From assembly GCA_035549255.1 (NCBI GenBank), contig DASZRD010000007.1, forward strand, positions 1,104-65,103: 64,000 nt of DNA, in the 5' to 3' direction. This stretch comes from Minisyncoccota bacterium. GTDB lineage: Bacteria; Patescibacteriota; Minisyncoccia; Phycocordibacterales; SBAW01. The notes under the pieces were generated by a model. It made no database searches and had not been told where the DNA came from. It saw nothing but the letters and a program-made list of their open reading frames with translations. Made by a program: the position numbers and the translations under genes. Shown piece after piece: positions 10,261-20,589 of this stretch (positions within the stretch are counted from its first letter, which is position 1; every line of letters begins with the position of its first letter).

Positions 10261-11487
10261 TTACAGTACGAACTGCCCGTTATCGTAAATAACTTTAGTC
10301 TTTCTGTCGTAGAAGTACGCAGTCACGCGGCGCTTCGTGGTCGTGATGACATCGGTATGGACCGAAGAGTCGTTGAAGCCAAGCGCCATTGATTGCTTTT
10401 TCGTAAGCCTGCTCACGTCGCCCGCGTAGGTGTCTTCATACGATGCGCCGAGCGCCACGTGCGTGTTGCCCTGCGGCCCGCCCATGTTCTCGTCGAAGAG
10501 CGTCTCGGCCATGAACTTGGTGATCCGCGAATGGCGGCGGTCGGTCATAGAGAATTCCCCAAGCCGGTTGGCACCCGGTGTGGCGATCATCTCTTTGAGC
10601 AATTTTTCGCCGGTCTTCGCTTTGTTCTTGATTACCTTGCCGTCTTTAAACACAAGCTCAATACCCGTCACTTTGTTGCCGTAGCGATAGAGCGGCTGGT
10701 TGAAGCGGATCCATCCGTTCGTACCGCGCCAATCGGGGCTGGTGAAGATCTCGAAGCTTGGGATATTGGCGCCGCGGCCCGAGAGCCACTTCCTCTTTTT
10801 ACCCAAGGTTATCCAAAGATCGGCATCCTCGCCCTCGATATGAAGCTTGTCGATCTTGGGCGAGAGCGCGTTTAACTTTTTTTTATAGGAGTGAATCTCT
10901 TCGTAGACCTTATTCCACTTTTTGATCGGATCTTTTTCGTCGAGAAAACAGGCTTGAATGATTTCCTTCCAGTATGCTTCGATACTCAAGCCCGCTTCTC
11001 GTGCCATCGCTGGCGTACCGTAGAGCGCAATCGTCCACGAAAGTTTGCCCTGGTGCTCCTTCTGCCGGCGCCAATCCATGTACTGCTTCATCGCTTTGCC
11101 GCGGCGCATGATCTTTTTGGGATCGATACCCTTCAGTGCGTGCGGATTGTTATCGCCTAGGATAAAGAGCACATGATCGACCTGGTCAACCAGGCCGCGG
11201 AAGTAATGATGCGGGAAGAAATCCAGCTGGTGATCCTTCGCCCGTTCGAAGAAGTCCACGGAGAAGTTGTAGCGATCGTCGCCCTCAGGCTGATAATTGA
11301 GTATTGCGTGGCCACCTACCTCGAGTATTTTATTGCGCACGGCCATGAAAAGCGGCTTTGCGGACTCTGAGCCGTTGAGGTACACGACATCGCCGCTCTT
11401 GATCCCCTTCCCGTGCCCGAGCGCAAAATTGACGAGGACATCCGCATAGCGTGTAAGTACCGCCTGGCTGGGCGTGTAGGCCTTCAT
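10261..11487 (-). CDS. M29 family aminopeptidase (AmpS/PepS-like)
   Basis: NIPSFEIFTSP, LGEF, LFDENMGG, HVALG, NDSSVHTD. Confidence 0.92.
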   Translation of the reverse strand: MKAYTPSQAVLTRYADVLVNFALGHGKGIKSGDVVYLNGSESAKPLFMAVRNKILEVGGHAILNYQPEGDDRYNFSVDFFERAKDHQLDFFPHHYFRGLVDQVDHVLFILGDNNPHALKGIDPKKIMRRGKAMKQYMDWRRQKEHQGKLSWTIALYGTPAMAREAGLSIEAYWKEIIQACFLDEKDPIKKWNKVYEEIHSYKKKLNALSPKIDKLHIEGEDADLWITLGKKRKWLSGRGANIPSFEIFTSPDWRGTNGWIRFNQPLYRYGNKVTGIELVFKDGKVIKNKAKTGEKLLKEMIATPGANRLGEFSMTDRRHSRITKFMAETLFDENMGGPQGNTHVALGASYEDTYAGDVSRLTKKQSMALGFNDSSVHTDVITTTKRRVTAYFYDRKTKVIYDNGQFVL

Positions 11488-11524
11488 ATGGCCATTTTAA
11501 CGCAAATAGACGGTATTTTAAAGC

Positions 11525-11558
11525 AAAAAAATGGCCCGGGGCTTGTGCTCCAGGCCGT
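11525..11558 (-). terminator. intrinsic terminator
   Basis: Minus strand GGCCTGGAGC-ACAA-GCCCCGGGCC followed by a T7 tract. Confidence 0.65.
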
Positions 11559-11570
11559 CTTTGTATTACC

Positions 11571-11870
11571 TTACGGTATCTGCAAAAGTTCTCGTGGCTT
11601 ACGCGACCGCCGGCGCCCGCGTGTTGGAATGGAGAACCGGTATTCTTTGCTGAAACTGATCGACACCGGAACTTCGAAGACAACTTCTCGCTGATTCCGG
11701 TGGTCGATCAAGCGTTGATTGAACAACGTCCAATCGCGGTCGCGCGCTCGGACGTACAGCCCGGCCACGATCAGCACCAAGCCGACGAACGCGAGATACG
11801 GCGGGATCGCGTGAACCAGGGCAAGCAGCAGGATGAAGAATCCCACCGAAACAAGGGATTTCCAAAACAT
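11571..11870 (-). CDS. hypothetical 2-TM membrane protein
   Basis: ATG at 11870 with GGAGG SD; two hydrophobic helices; followed by a terminator. Confidence 0.6.
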   Translation of the reverse strand: MFWKSLVSVGFFILLLALVHAIPPYLAFVGLVLIVAGLYVRARDRDWTLFNQRLIDHRNQREVVFEVPVSISFSKEYRFSIPTRGRRRSRKPRELLQIP

Positions 11871-11957
11871 GATGTCAATCCTCCGTTGAAAAGCTTCCAA
11901 TGGAACTATATTACGTCCTCCAGACTTTGTATATCTACGATGATCTCTGGAAATCCT

Positions 11958-12182
11958 TTATTCAAGTATAAACCGAGGTCGTTTCTTTCCGTCAGGCCAT
12001 CGTACTTTTCCAGTAAATTCGGACAAATCTCGATGCTTAAGGATGCCGTAGGTTAAAGAAATGTAGACCACACCCAGTTTCCCAACTCGTTTATTCGTCG
12101 ATTCTTGCGCAATTCCTAGCACGTAATACCGCCCACCTTTGTAGTGTTTGTAAATTTGTCCTGGCAGTACTTCGATTTTCAT
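11958..12182 (-). CDS. DUF1653 family protein
   Basis: YKHYKGGRYYVLGIA...VVY...RPRF pattern. Confidence 0.8.
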   Translation of the reverse strand: MKIEVLPGQIYKHYKGGRYYVLGIAQESTNKRVGKLGVVYISLTYGILKHRDLSEFTGKVRWPDGKKRPRFILE

Positions 12183-13525
12183 CCCTCCTTTTTATCGGTC
12201 GAGAGGAGGATATCGATACGGTTCATGTCGCGCGGAAAGGCGGAGGCTTCTTTTACATTGCTCAGGTCGAGCATTTTCATGGTTATGCGCTCAAGGCCGG
12301 TCGAGCAACCGCCGTGCGGCGGCATGCCGTACTTGAAGGCCTGGAGGTAAAAGGCGAACTTTGCCGGGTCCATGCTGCGCGACTTCATCTTCTCGATCAA
12401 TTCATCGTAGTTATGGATGCGCTGCGAGCCGGAGTTGATCTCGAGCCCGCGGAAGAGGAGGTCGAAGCTGCGCGAAAATTCGGGGTTCTCGGGGTCGGCA
12501 AAGGTGTAGAATGCGCGCTTCTTGGTCGGGAAGTGCGTGATGAACACGAAGTCGGAGCCGAATTTCTCCTTGGCATATTGGCAGATCTGGCGCTCATGCT
12601 CGGGCTCAAGGTCAAGCTCCCCTACCGCCTTGCCGCCGAACTCTTTTTCGATTATTTCCTGCGCTTCGCGCAACATGAAGACTGGGAACTCCTCTTGCGG
12701 GAGCGCGGCTGGCTCAACTTTAAATCGTTTAAGCGCGTCGGCATGTTTGTCAGTAACTGCGCTCGCAATGCTGCGGATCACCTTCTCGAGCATCGCCATC
12801 ACGTCTTTGTGAGACTCTATAAAGCCCATCTCAAACTCAAGCTGGGTGAGCTCGGCGAGGTGGCGGGTGGTGGCGCTCTTCTCGGCGCGGAAGGTTTTGG
12901 CAACGGTCATCGAGCGCTCGAAGGGCCCGACCATGATTTGTTTGTAGAGCTGGCCCGAGGTCGCGAGGTACGCCTGCTTGCCGTAATAATCCTCGATCTT
13001 AAATACCGCTGCACCGCCCTCGGCATCGCCGCCGACCAAGACCGGCGCTTGGAACTCGGTAAAGCCTTCTGATTTGAGAGCATTCCGAAATGCATCAACA
13101 ATAGTTGCTTGGACGGTGAAGATATCGCGTGTGCGCTCAAGCCGGAGCGTAAGCGGCAAGTTGTCGAAGTGCGTGTCGATGTTGAGCTGCTCCGGGTTCA
13201 TGTCGAACGGTAGGGAGTGCGCTTCAGAAAGCACTTCGATCGCGGTGATCTCGAGCTCGATGTTGCCGTTGGGTACATCGCGGCGCATCTTCTCCGGCCG
13301 CTCGTTGACCACACCCTCGATGCGCACGACCCACTCTTGCTTAAGCGTCTGTGCCACCTCAAGCACCTCTGGCTTGCCGAAGACAACGCCTTGCACCTTG
13401 CCCGAGCGGTCGCGGAAGTCGAAGAAGGCCATCTTGCCCTGATTGCGCGCGACATCTACCCATGCGCTGATGGATACCTTCTCACCAATATGCTGCCCTA
13501 GATCTCCGATAAGTGTGCGTTCCAT
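12179..13525 (-). CDS. aspS: aspartate--tRNA ligase, short archaeal/non-discriminating type
   Basis: OB fold, motif 2 FRAEKSATTRHL, motif 3 GMPPHGG..GLER; 448 aa without GAD insertion. Confidence 0.9.
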   Translation of the reverse strand: MERTLIGDLGQHIGEKVSISAWVDVARNQGKMAFFDFRDRSGKVQGVVFGKPEVLEVAQTLKQEWVVRIEGVVNERPEKMRRDVPNGNIELEITAIEVLSEAHSLPFDMNPEQLNIDTHFDNLPLTLRLERTRDIFTVQATIVDAFRNALKSEGFTEFQAPVLVGGDAEGGAAVFKIEDYYGKQAYLATSGQLYKQIMVGPFERSMTVAKTFRAEKSATTRHLAELTQLEFEMGFIESHKDVMAMLEKVIRSIASAVTDKHADALKRFKVEPAALPQEEFPVFMLREAQEIIEKEFGGKAVGELDLEPEHERQICQYAKEKFGSDFVFITHFPTKKRAFYTFADPENPEFSRSFDLLFRGLEINSGSQRIHNYDELIEKMKSRSMDPAKFAFYLQAFKYGMPPHGGCSTGLERITMKMLDLSNVKEASAFPRDMNRIDILLSTDKKEG

Positions 13526-13532
13526 AAAATTA

Positions 13533-14534
13533 TTACAGCGTTACACCAATCCTTTCACGGACCAGCTTCATTTTTTCTTCGGCTCTAGCCCTCGCCACTT
13601 CACCACCATTTTTCAAAGTCTCAATTACTTCATCGTCAGTAATCTCATTTCTCCTCCTTCTGATCTCTTTAGTATCTTTAAGAATAACCTCAAGCAATTT
13701 ATCTTTTGCTTGTTTGTAACCACCTAATGCTCCCGATTTGTAATCTTTCTTAAATTGATCAAAATTTAGAAGATCAAATTGTTTGTAGAGTGTGGGTATG
13801 ATGTCATTTTCAGACCCTAATTTCTCACCAGGTTCTACAGATGCAGTTTTAATACTCATAACAGAAGATCTTATTTGATCTTCTGATGCAAAGAGAGGAA
13901 TTATATTTTTATAGCTCTTACTCATTTTCTGACCGTCCGTTCCTGGAATTTTCCCTACCTCACCAAACCTAGAAGCAGAAATTTGGTAGCTAAAGAGTTG
14001 TTCCCCAGGAAATGCAGTATTGAATTTTGCTGCGATCTCTCTTGTATATTCTAGATGTTGTTCTTGATCTATGCCTACAGGTACCCATGTCGTTGCGTCA
14101 ATATCGCTATAAAGCAAAATGTCTGCTGCCATTAGTACAGGGTAATCCAAAAGACCAAAGTTAGATTCAAGACCCTTTGCTTGCTTGTCCTTAAAAGCAT
14201 GACCAAGCTCTAAAAATGACTGAGTAACGAGACAATTAAATATCCATGACAATTCAGTATGCTGGGGAACATCCGATTGCTTAAAGATAGTTACATTTTT
14301 AGTATTTTCTCCCAGTACAGCCAAATAATCTTTTACTATAGAAATTATATTTTCCCTTAACTCTTTTGGATTCTTAAGAGTCGTGAGAGCGTGATAATCT
14401 GCAACCATCAACATCACACTTTCATAGTGTTCAGTTCCAGCTAAACCAGCTAATGGTTTGAGAGCCCCGAAATAGTTACCAATATGAAGCTGCCCACTTG
14501 GTTGTAAGCCAGTAAAAAGCCTCTTTTTACTCAT
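13533..14534 (-). CDS. trpS: tryptophan--tRNA ligase (AT-rich)
   Basis: TGLQPSGQLHIGNY, YPVLMAADIL, VPVGIDQ, KMSKS. Confidence 0.95.
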   Translation of the reverse strand: MSKKRLFTGLQPSGQLHIGNYFGALKPLAGLAGTEHYESVMLMVADYHALTTLKNPKELRENIISIVKDYLAVLGENTKNVTIFKQSDVPQHTELSWIFNCLVTQSFLELGHAFKDKQAKGLESNFGLLDYPVLMAADILLYSDIDATTWVPVGIDQEQHLEYTREIAAKFNTAFPGEQLFSYQISASRFGEVGKIPGTDGQKMSKSYKNIIPLFASEDQIRSSVMSIKTASVEPGEKLGSENDIIPTLYKQFDLLNFDQFKKDYKSGALGGYKQAKDKLLEVILKDTKEIRRRRNEITDDEVIETLKNGGEVARARAEEKMKLVRERIGVTL

Positions 14535-14574
14535 AGCAGAAAGTCTATCAGAAAAATGTAGAAAATACGATTTA

Positions 14575-14760
14575 CTATTCGTTCTCTCTTTCCCATTGAT
14601 CCCAGGTCAAATCTGGGTCGGTAGGCTCTGTTTTACGAACATTCATTTTGTTCTTTGAATTTTGAGTTCCGATTATAGCTTCAAAAGGATTGAAATCTAA
14701 TGATTTTATAAAAGCTCCAATAAATATGAGTACGCCCAATCCGATGATTGCAAACAACAT
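14575..14760 (-). CDS. small single-TM hypothetical protein (AT-rich)
   Basis: 61-aa ORF with N-terminal hydrophobic helix, 7 nt after the dnaJ stop. Confidence 0.55.
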   Translation of the reverse strand: MLFAIIGLGVLIFIGAFIKSLDFNPFEAIIGTQNSKNKMNVRKTEPTDPDLTWDQWERENE

Positions 14761-14767
14761 ATAATAT

Positions 14768-15850
14768 TTATATCCCCTCTTCTTTGAGCTTCTCGACCAA
14801 TTGCTTTGCCGAGCGGGAGAGTTTTTGAGGCAGGATTATTTTTACTCTCACAATGAGGTCGCCGCGCTTGCCTCGGCTGTTGGGGACGCCCTTGCCGCGC
14901 ACCGTTATGGTCTCGCCATGGGTGACGCCCATGGGGATCGAGATCGACTCCTCGCCGTCGAGCGTTTGGATTTTATAGTCGGCACCCAAGAGTGCATCGG
15001 AAAGTTTTACCGAGAGGTCGGTCAAAATATTGCTGCCTTCTTTCTTGAAGCGAGGGTCGGGTATGACGTGGATCTTAACGTAAAGATCGCCCGAAGCGCC
15101 ACCCGCGACCGCCTCGCCGGCACCCGCGAGGCGCACCATCTCGCCGCCTTCGATCCCGGCCGGGATCGCGATGTCGATCTCCTCCTGCCGCTTGTAGACG
15201 CCCTCACCGCGGCAGGTATGGCACTTTTCTTTGGGTACCTTGCCGGTGCCATGGCAGTTGCTGCAGACGCGCGCGACCGACACGGAGCCGAAGATAGAGT
15301 TGGTGGTCTCGTGGATCTTGCCGGAGCCGTTGCAAACCGTGCAGGTATCGAGCTTGCTTCCCGGCTCGGCGCCGCTGCCTTTGCAGGTCTCGCACGTGCT
15401 CATCTTGGAAAGGAGCACGGTGCGCTTGGTACCGAAAACAGAATCCTTGAATGAGATCTCAAGGTCGATCGAGATGTCGCGGCCGCGACGCGTGCGCGTG
15501 GCGCTGCCGCCCGTAAAGAGGTCGCTAAAAATGTCGCTGAAGTCGAAGCCGCCCTGGTTGAACGCGTCCTGGAATTGCGAAAAGTCGAAGCCGTTCGTCT
15601 GGCCATTAAAGCCGCCGAAGCCCGCTCCCCCACCGCCGAACGTGCGGCCGTAGGAATCATACTCGGCGCGCTTCTTGTCGTCGCCGAGGACCGAGTATGC
15701 CTCGCTCACTTCCTTGAACTTCTCCGAGTCGCCGGAAGATTTGTCAGGGTGGTACTTGTGCGCGAGCTTGTGGAAGGCCTTCTTGATCTCGTCCTTACTG
15801 GCTTTCTTATCGACGCCGAGGACCTCGTAGTAGTCGCGCTTGTCCGCCAT
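14768..15850 (-). CDS. dnaJ: chaperone DnaJ
   Basis: J-domain HPD, G/F-rich linker, four CxxCxGxG repeats. Confidence 0.97.
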   Translation of the reverse strand: MADKRDYYEVLGVDKKASKDEIKKAFHKLAHKYHPDKSSGDSEKFKEVSEAYSVLGDDKKRAEYDSYGRTFGGGGAGFGGFNGQTNGFDFSQFQDAFNQGGFDFSDIFSDLFTGGSATRTRRGRDISIDLEISFKDSVFGTKRTVLLSKMSTCETCKGSGAEPGSKLDTCTVCNGSGKIHETTNSIFGSVSVARVCSNCHGTGKVPKEKCHTCRGEGVYKRQEEIDIAIPAGIEGGEMVRLAGAGEAVAGGASGDLYVKIHVIPDPRFKKEGSNILTDLSVKLSDALLGADYKIQTLDGEESISIPMGVTHGETITVRGKGVPNSRGKRGDLIVRVKIILPQKLSRSAKQLVEKLKEEGI

Positions 15851-15864
15851 ACGTACAAGATACT

Positions 15865-17682
15865 TTACGCCGAATTTCCCTCTTCTGCAAGCTGACTTTC
15901 GTCTTCGTCTACTATGAATCCTCCTGCCTGAATGCTCCAGAGCTTGTGATAGAGGCCGCCTTCCTTGAGGAGCTCGTCGTGCGTGCCGTCAGCGACAATT
16001 TTGCCGCCCTCAAGGACTACGATGCGGTCCATCCGCATGATCGTAGAGAGGCGGTGCGCGATCACGATCACCGTCTTGCCCTGCATAAGCACGCGCAAGG
16101 CGTCCTGGATGAGCGCTTCAGACTCCGAGTCGAGGCTCGATGTCGCCTCGTCGAGCACGAGGATGGGCGCGTCTTTGAGGATCGCTCGCGCGATAGCGAC
16201 GCGCTGGCGCTCGCCGCCGGAGAGCTTGACCCCGCGCTCTCCCACGAAGGTGTCGTAGCCTTGCGGCAGCCCCGCGATAAACTCGTGGCAGTGCGCTTTC
16301 TTCGCGGCCTCGATCACTTCCGCATCGGTCGCGTCGCGCTTGCCGTAGCGGATATTCTCCATGAGGCTGCGGTGGAAGAGAATTGGCTCTTGCGGCACGA
16401 AGGCGATCGACTCGCGCAGAGAGTCTTGCGTTACTTCTGCAATATTCTGCCCGTCGATTTCGATCGAGCCGCCCTGCACGTCGTAGAGCCGGAGCAAGAG
16501 CTTGGTGATGGTCGACTTCCCCGCGCCCGAGGGCCCGACGAAGGCCACTTTTTCGCGCGCCGGTATCTTGAGCGTAAAGTTGGTGAGGATGGGGCGCTCC
16601 ATATTGAATGAGAATTCCACGTTGTCGAACGATACGTTCCCCGAGGACACCACGATTGGCTTGGCGGCAGGCGCGTCTTTCACGCCATGCGGCGTCTCGA
16701 GTATCTCGACCATTTCGCCCGCGTCGGCGAACGCATCGTAAAAGCGCCGGAGGTCGCGATTGATGCCGACCAGGCGGTCGAAGGTCGTGAGGAGATACGC
16801 CTGAATGAGCACGAAATCGCCGATGGTAAGGAGCCCCTGCTGCCAGAGTGTGGCGCTGCCGTAGAGAAGCCCGATCTCGATTGCAGTCATGAAGAGGCCG
16901 ATGCCCGCCCAGATCCAGTCGTCGGTCATCCACGAGCGTAGCGTGGCGCGGTGCCACGCCTCGACGAAGCCCATGTACCGCTTGAACTCATACCGGCTGC
17001 CGGAGAACAGCGCGATGGTCGAATGATTCGATACGGCGTCAGCGAGCGCTCCCGTGAGCCGCGTGTCCGCCTCGGCGCGCTCGACACGGACATGCTGCCG
17101 CAGATGTGCCACGAATATCTGGAACGCGATAAAAATAATCGCCCAGACGCCGAGCGCGATGCCAAGGAGGTGATTGCGCCAGAATAGAACGCCGACCGCG
17201 CCTGCGACAAAGAGGAAGGTCGGTATGAACTGCACGACAATGCTGTCGAAGAGCGTCTCGAAGGAGCGCGCGTACTTGCTCATCTTGTGCGTAAGCGAGC
17301 CGGCAAAATTGGAGATGAAGAAATTGTATGAGTGCGCGATAAGATACTCGAATGATTTCGAGTACAAGTCTTCCATGACCTTGGCGCTGAAAATATTGTT
17401 GCTCTGGCCCTGGATGCGGCGCGAGAGCCACTCGAGGAGGTACATGAGGGTAAGCATTGCGAGCACGCCGCCAAGCATATGCACGGTATCTCTGGTCGGG
17501 TTGGCTGTTGTCGCGAGGATATTGAAGAAGCTGCGCAGGTAGAGCGGCGCTGCAAGCGTCGCCGCCTGGATCCCGACGCTGCCGAGGATCACAAGCGACA
17601 GCAGCCATGGATGCCTCCGGACCGACGCGAAATAGGCGCGGAATACCGCGCCGGCTGACGCCTGCTTCTTGCCTTCTTTCAT
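15865..17682 (-). CDS. fused ABC exporter (TMD + NBD)
   Basis: Multi-TM N-half; [29 protein letters not shown]. Confidence 0.93.
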   Translation of the reverse strand: MKEGKKQASAGAVFRAYFASVRRHPWLLSLVILGSVGIQAATLAAPLYLRSFFNILATTANPTRDTVHMLGGVLAMLTLMYLLEWLSRRIQGQSNNIFSAKVMEDLYSKSFEYLIAHSYNFFISNFAGSLTHKMSKYARSFETLFDSIVVQFIPTFLFVAGAVGVLFWRNHLLGIALGVWAIIFIAFQIFVAHLRQHVRVERAEADTRLTGALADAVSNHSTIALFSGSRYEFKRYMGFVEAWHRATLRSWMTDDWIWAGIGLFMTAIEIGLLYGSATLWQQGLLTIGDFVLIQAYLLTTFDRLVGINRDLRRFYDAFADAGEMVEILETPHGVKDAPAAKPIVVSSGNVSFDNVEFSFNMERPILTNFTLKIPAREKVAFVGPSGAGKSTITKLLLRLYDVQGGSIEIDGQNIAEVTQDSLRESIAFVPQEPILFHRSLMENIRYGKRDATDAEVIEAAKKAHCHEFIAGLPQGYDTFVGERGVKLSGGERQRVAIARAILKDAPILVLDEATSSLDSESEALIQDALRVLMQGKTVIVIAHRLSTIMRMDRIVVLEGGKIVADGTHDELLKEGGLYHKLWSIQAGGFIVDEDESQLAEEGNSA

Positions 17683-17697
17683 ATGCTTAGGATAGCA

Positions 17698-19611
<1,914 letters not shown>

Positions 19612-19640
19612 ATCGTTTTATTAGATAATTAATTTATTTT

Positions 19641-20177
19641 TTAAGCCTTAAGGATTCCGACTGACACTTGCGCCGGGCGGATTACGAAATCACCAATACT
19701 ATAGCCGGAGCGCTCCACCGAGACAACCTTATGCTCCTGATCGGGCGATTCAACTTCGACTTCGCGAAGCGCCTCGTGCTTTTTGGGGTCGAAGGGCTCG
19801 CCTGCTTCCCCGAACCTCTTGATACCCATACGATCGATCGTCGAGAGGAGCTGCTTATGGAGCACAGAGAGCTCTTTATTGCCTGCCTTGTCGGGAGACA
19901 GGTCGGAATGTTTGGCGGACATTTCAAACGAGTCGAGGACTGGGATCAAATCTTCCGCAAGCGAGGCTTTGATTCGCTCCTCGGCATACCCCTTCCGGGT
20001 ATCCTCGTCGCGCTTAAGGTTGGCATACTCTGCCTTTACGCGTTGCCAACCGTCGAGATTGGTCTTGGCCTCCTCCTCGGCCTTGCGAGCGCGCTCGCGC
20101 AGCTTCTTAATCGCCCCCATGGGGTCCTGCGCGTCCTCTTCGGCCACGATTTCTTCGTCGAAATTGTCGCCCAACAT
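19641..20177 (-). CDS. grpE: nucleotide exchange factor GrpE
   Basis: RVKAEYAN, FDPKKHEA, GY...IRPAQVSV; upstream of dnaK. Confidence 0.95.
   Translation of the reverse strand: MLGDNFDEEIVAEEDAQDPMGAIKKLRERARKAEEEAKTNLDGWQRVKAEYANLKRDEDTRKGYAEERIKASLAEDLIPVLDSFEMSAKHSDLSPDKAGNKELSVLHKQLLSTIDRMGIKRFGEAGEPFDPKKHEALREVEVESPDQEHKVVSVERSGYSIGDFVIRPAQVSVGILKA
19882..19902. repeat. 21-nt palindromic in-frame insertion in grpE
   Basis: Minus strand CCTGTCT-CCCGACA-AGGCAGG hairpin, length 3n, encodes ~LSPDKAG. Confidence 0.5.
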
Positions 20178-20183
20178 AGCCTT

Positions 20184-20211
20184 ATTTTACATAGGAAATC
20201 GCCGAAGTCAA
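20184..20211 (-). promoter_or_regulatory. sigma70-type promoter of grpE-dnaK (leaderless geometry)
   Basis: TTGACT-16nt-TAAAAT; the -10 ends 6 nt before the grpE ATG. Confidence 0.65.
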
Positions 20212-20218
20212 ATTTCTT

Positions 20219-20248
20219 AAAAAATACGCCAGCCTGTTAAGGATGGCG
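20219..20248 (-). terminator. intrinsic terminator of the structured ncRNA
   Basis: CGCCAtCCT-TAAC-AGGcTGGCG followed by TATTTTTT. Confidence 0.7.
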
Positions 20249-20256
20249 AAAATTGA

Positions 20257-20543
20257 GAAACCAGAGGATTTGGACCTATTTCGAAAACTGGCCTACGCAG
20301 GAAGTCTTCGAACCTTTGTCGCCAACATGGTGGTAATTTCACTTTTGGATCCACGAGAACTGACATCCTCGCTTCACCTCCTCCCACCTATGCTACAAAG
20401 CTGGCCAAGATCTTCTACCCGAGTCTACTCCAGAGGAATCGAACCTCTATCACCAAAAGAACTGCCAAATGCTTAGGCTATCCAGTATTCCTTTAGCGCC
20501 CAACCTTACGGTCGAGATATACGCCAAGAAGCAGTCTGGTTCC
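20257..20543 (-). ncRNA. unidentified ~287-nt structured RNA containing a 23S L1-stalk (H76-H78)-like domain and a tRNA T-arm
   Basis: 9-bp terminal helix GGAACCAGA/UCUGGUUUC; GUAA-capped hairpin; T-arm AGAGG-UUCGAUU-CCUCU; L1-stalk-like UGUAGCAUAGGUGGGAGG...GUGAAAUUACCACC closed by GCCAGC/GUUGGC; flanked by promoter and terminator. Confidence 0.85.
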
Positions 20544-20550
20544 GAGGGAG

Positions 20551-20580
20551 AACATAGCACAAGGTAAATCTTATCTGCAA
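20551..20580 (-). promoter_or_regulatory. putative promoter of the ncRNA
   Basis: TTGCAG-18nt-TATGTT with extended -10 TG; the 5' closing strand starts 7 nt downstream. Confidence 0.65.
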
Positions 20581-20589
20581 GCAGACGTC

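Noticed and set aside
13533-14534. Alternative genetic code (UGA recoding) hinted by the foreign trpS
   Set aside because: Conserved genes are full length under code 11, and TGA serves as a normal stop (e.g. murG, ftsW, leuS).
20321-20405. Calling this a 23S rRNA gene or decayed rRNA fragment
   Set aside because: Similarity stops at the H76-like helix and the highly conserved domain V sequences on either side are absent. Substitutions preserve pairing, and the unit has its own closing helix, promoter and terminator.
20321-20405. uL1 autoregulatory mRNA leader
   Set aside because: Such leaders are small and precede rplK/rplA; here the downstream gene is grpE, separated by a terminator and a new promoter.
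20243-20476. 77-aa plus-strand ORF over the ncRNA
   Set aside because: No recognisable motif; promoter, terminator, G:U pairs and rRNA/T-loop motifs all read on the minus strand.
20400-20500. tRNA or tmRNA gene suggested by GGTTCGATTCC
   Set aside because: No acceptor stem, G3:U70/CCA end, anticodon arm or tag reading frame could be built.
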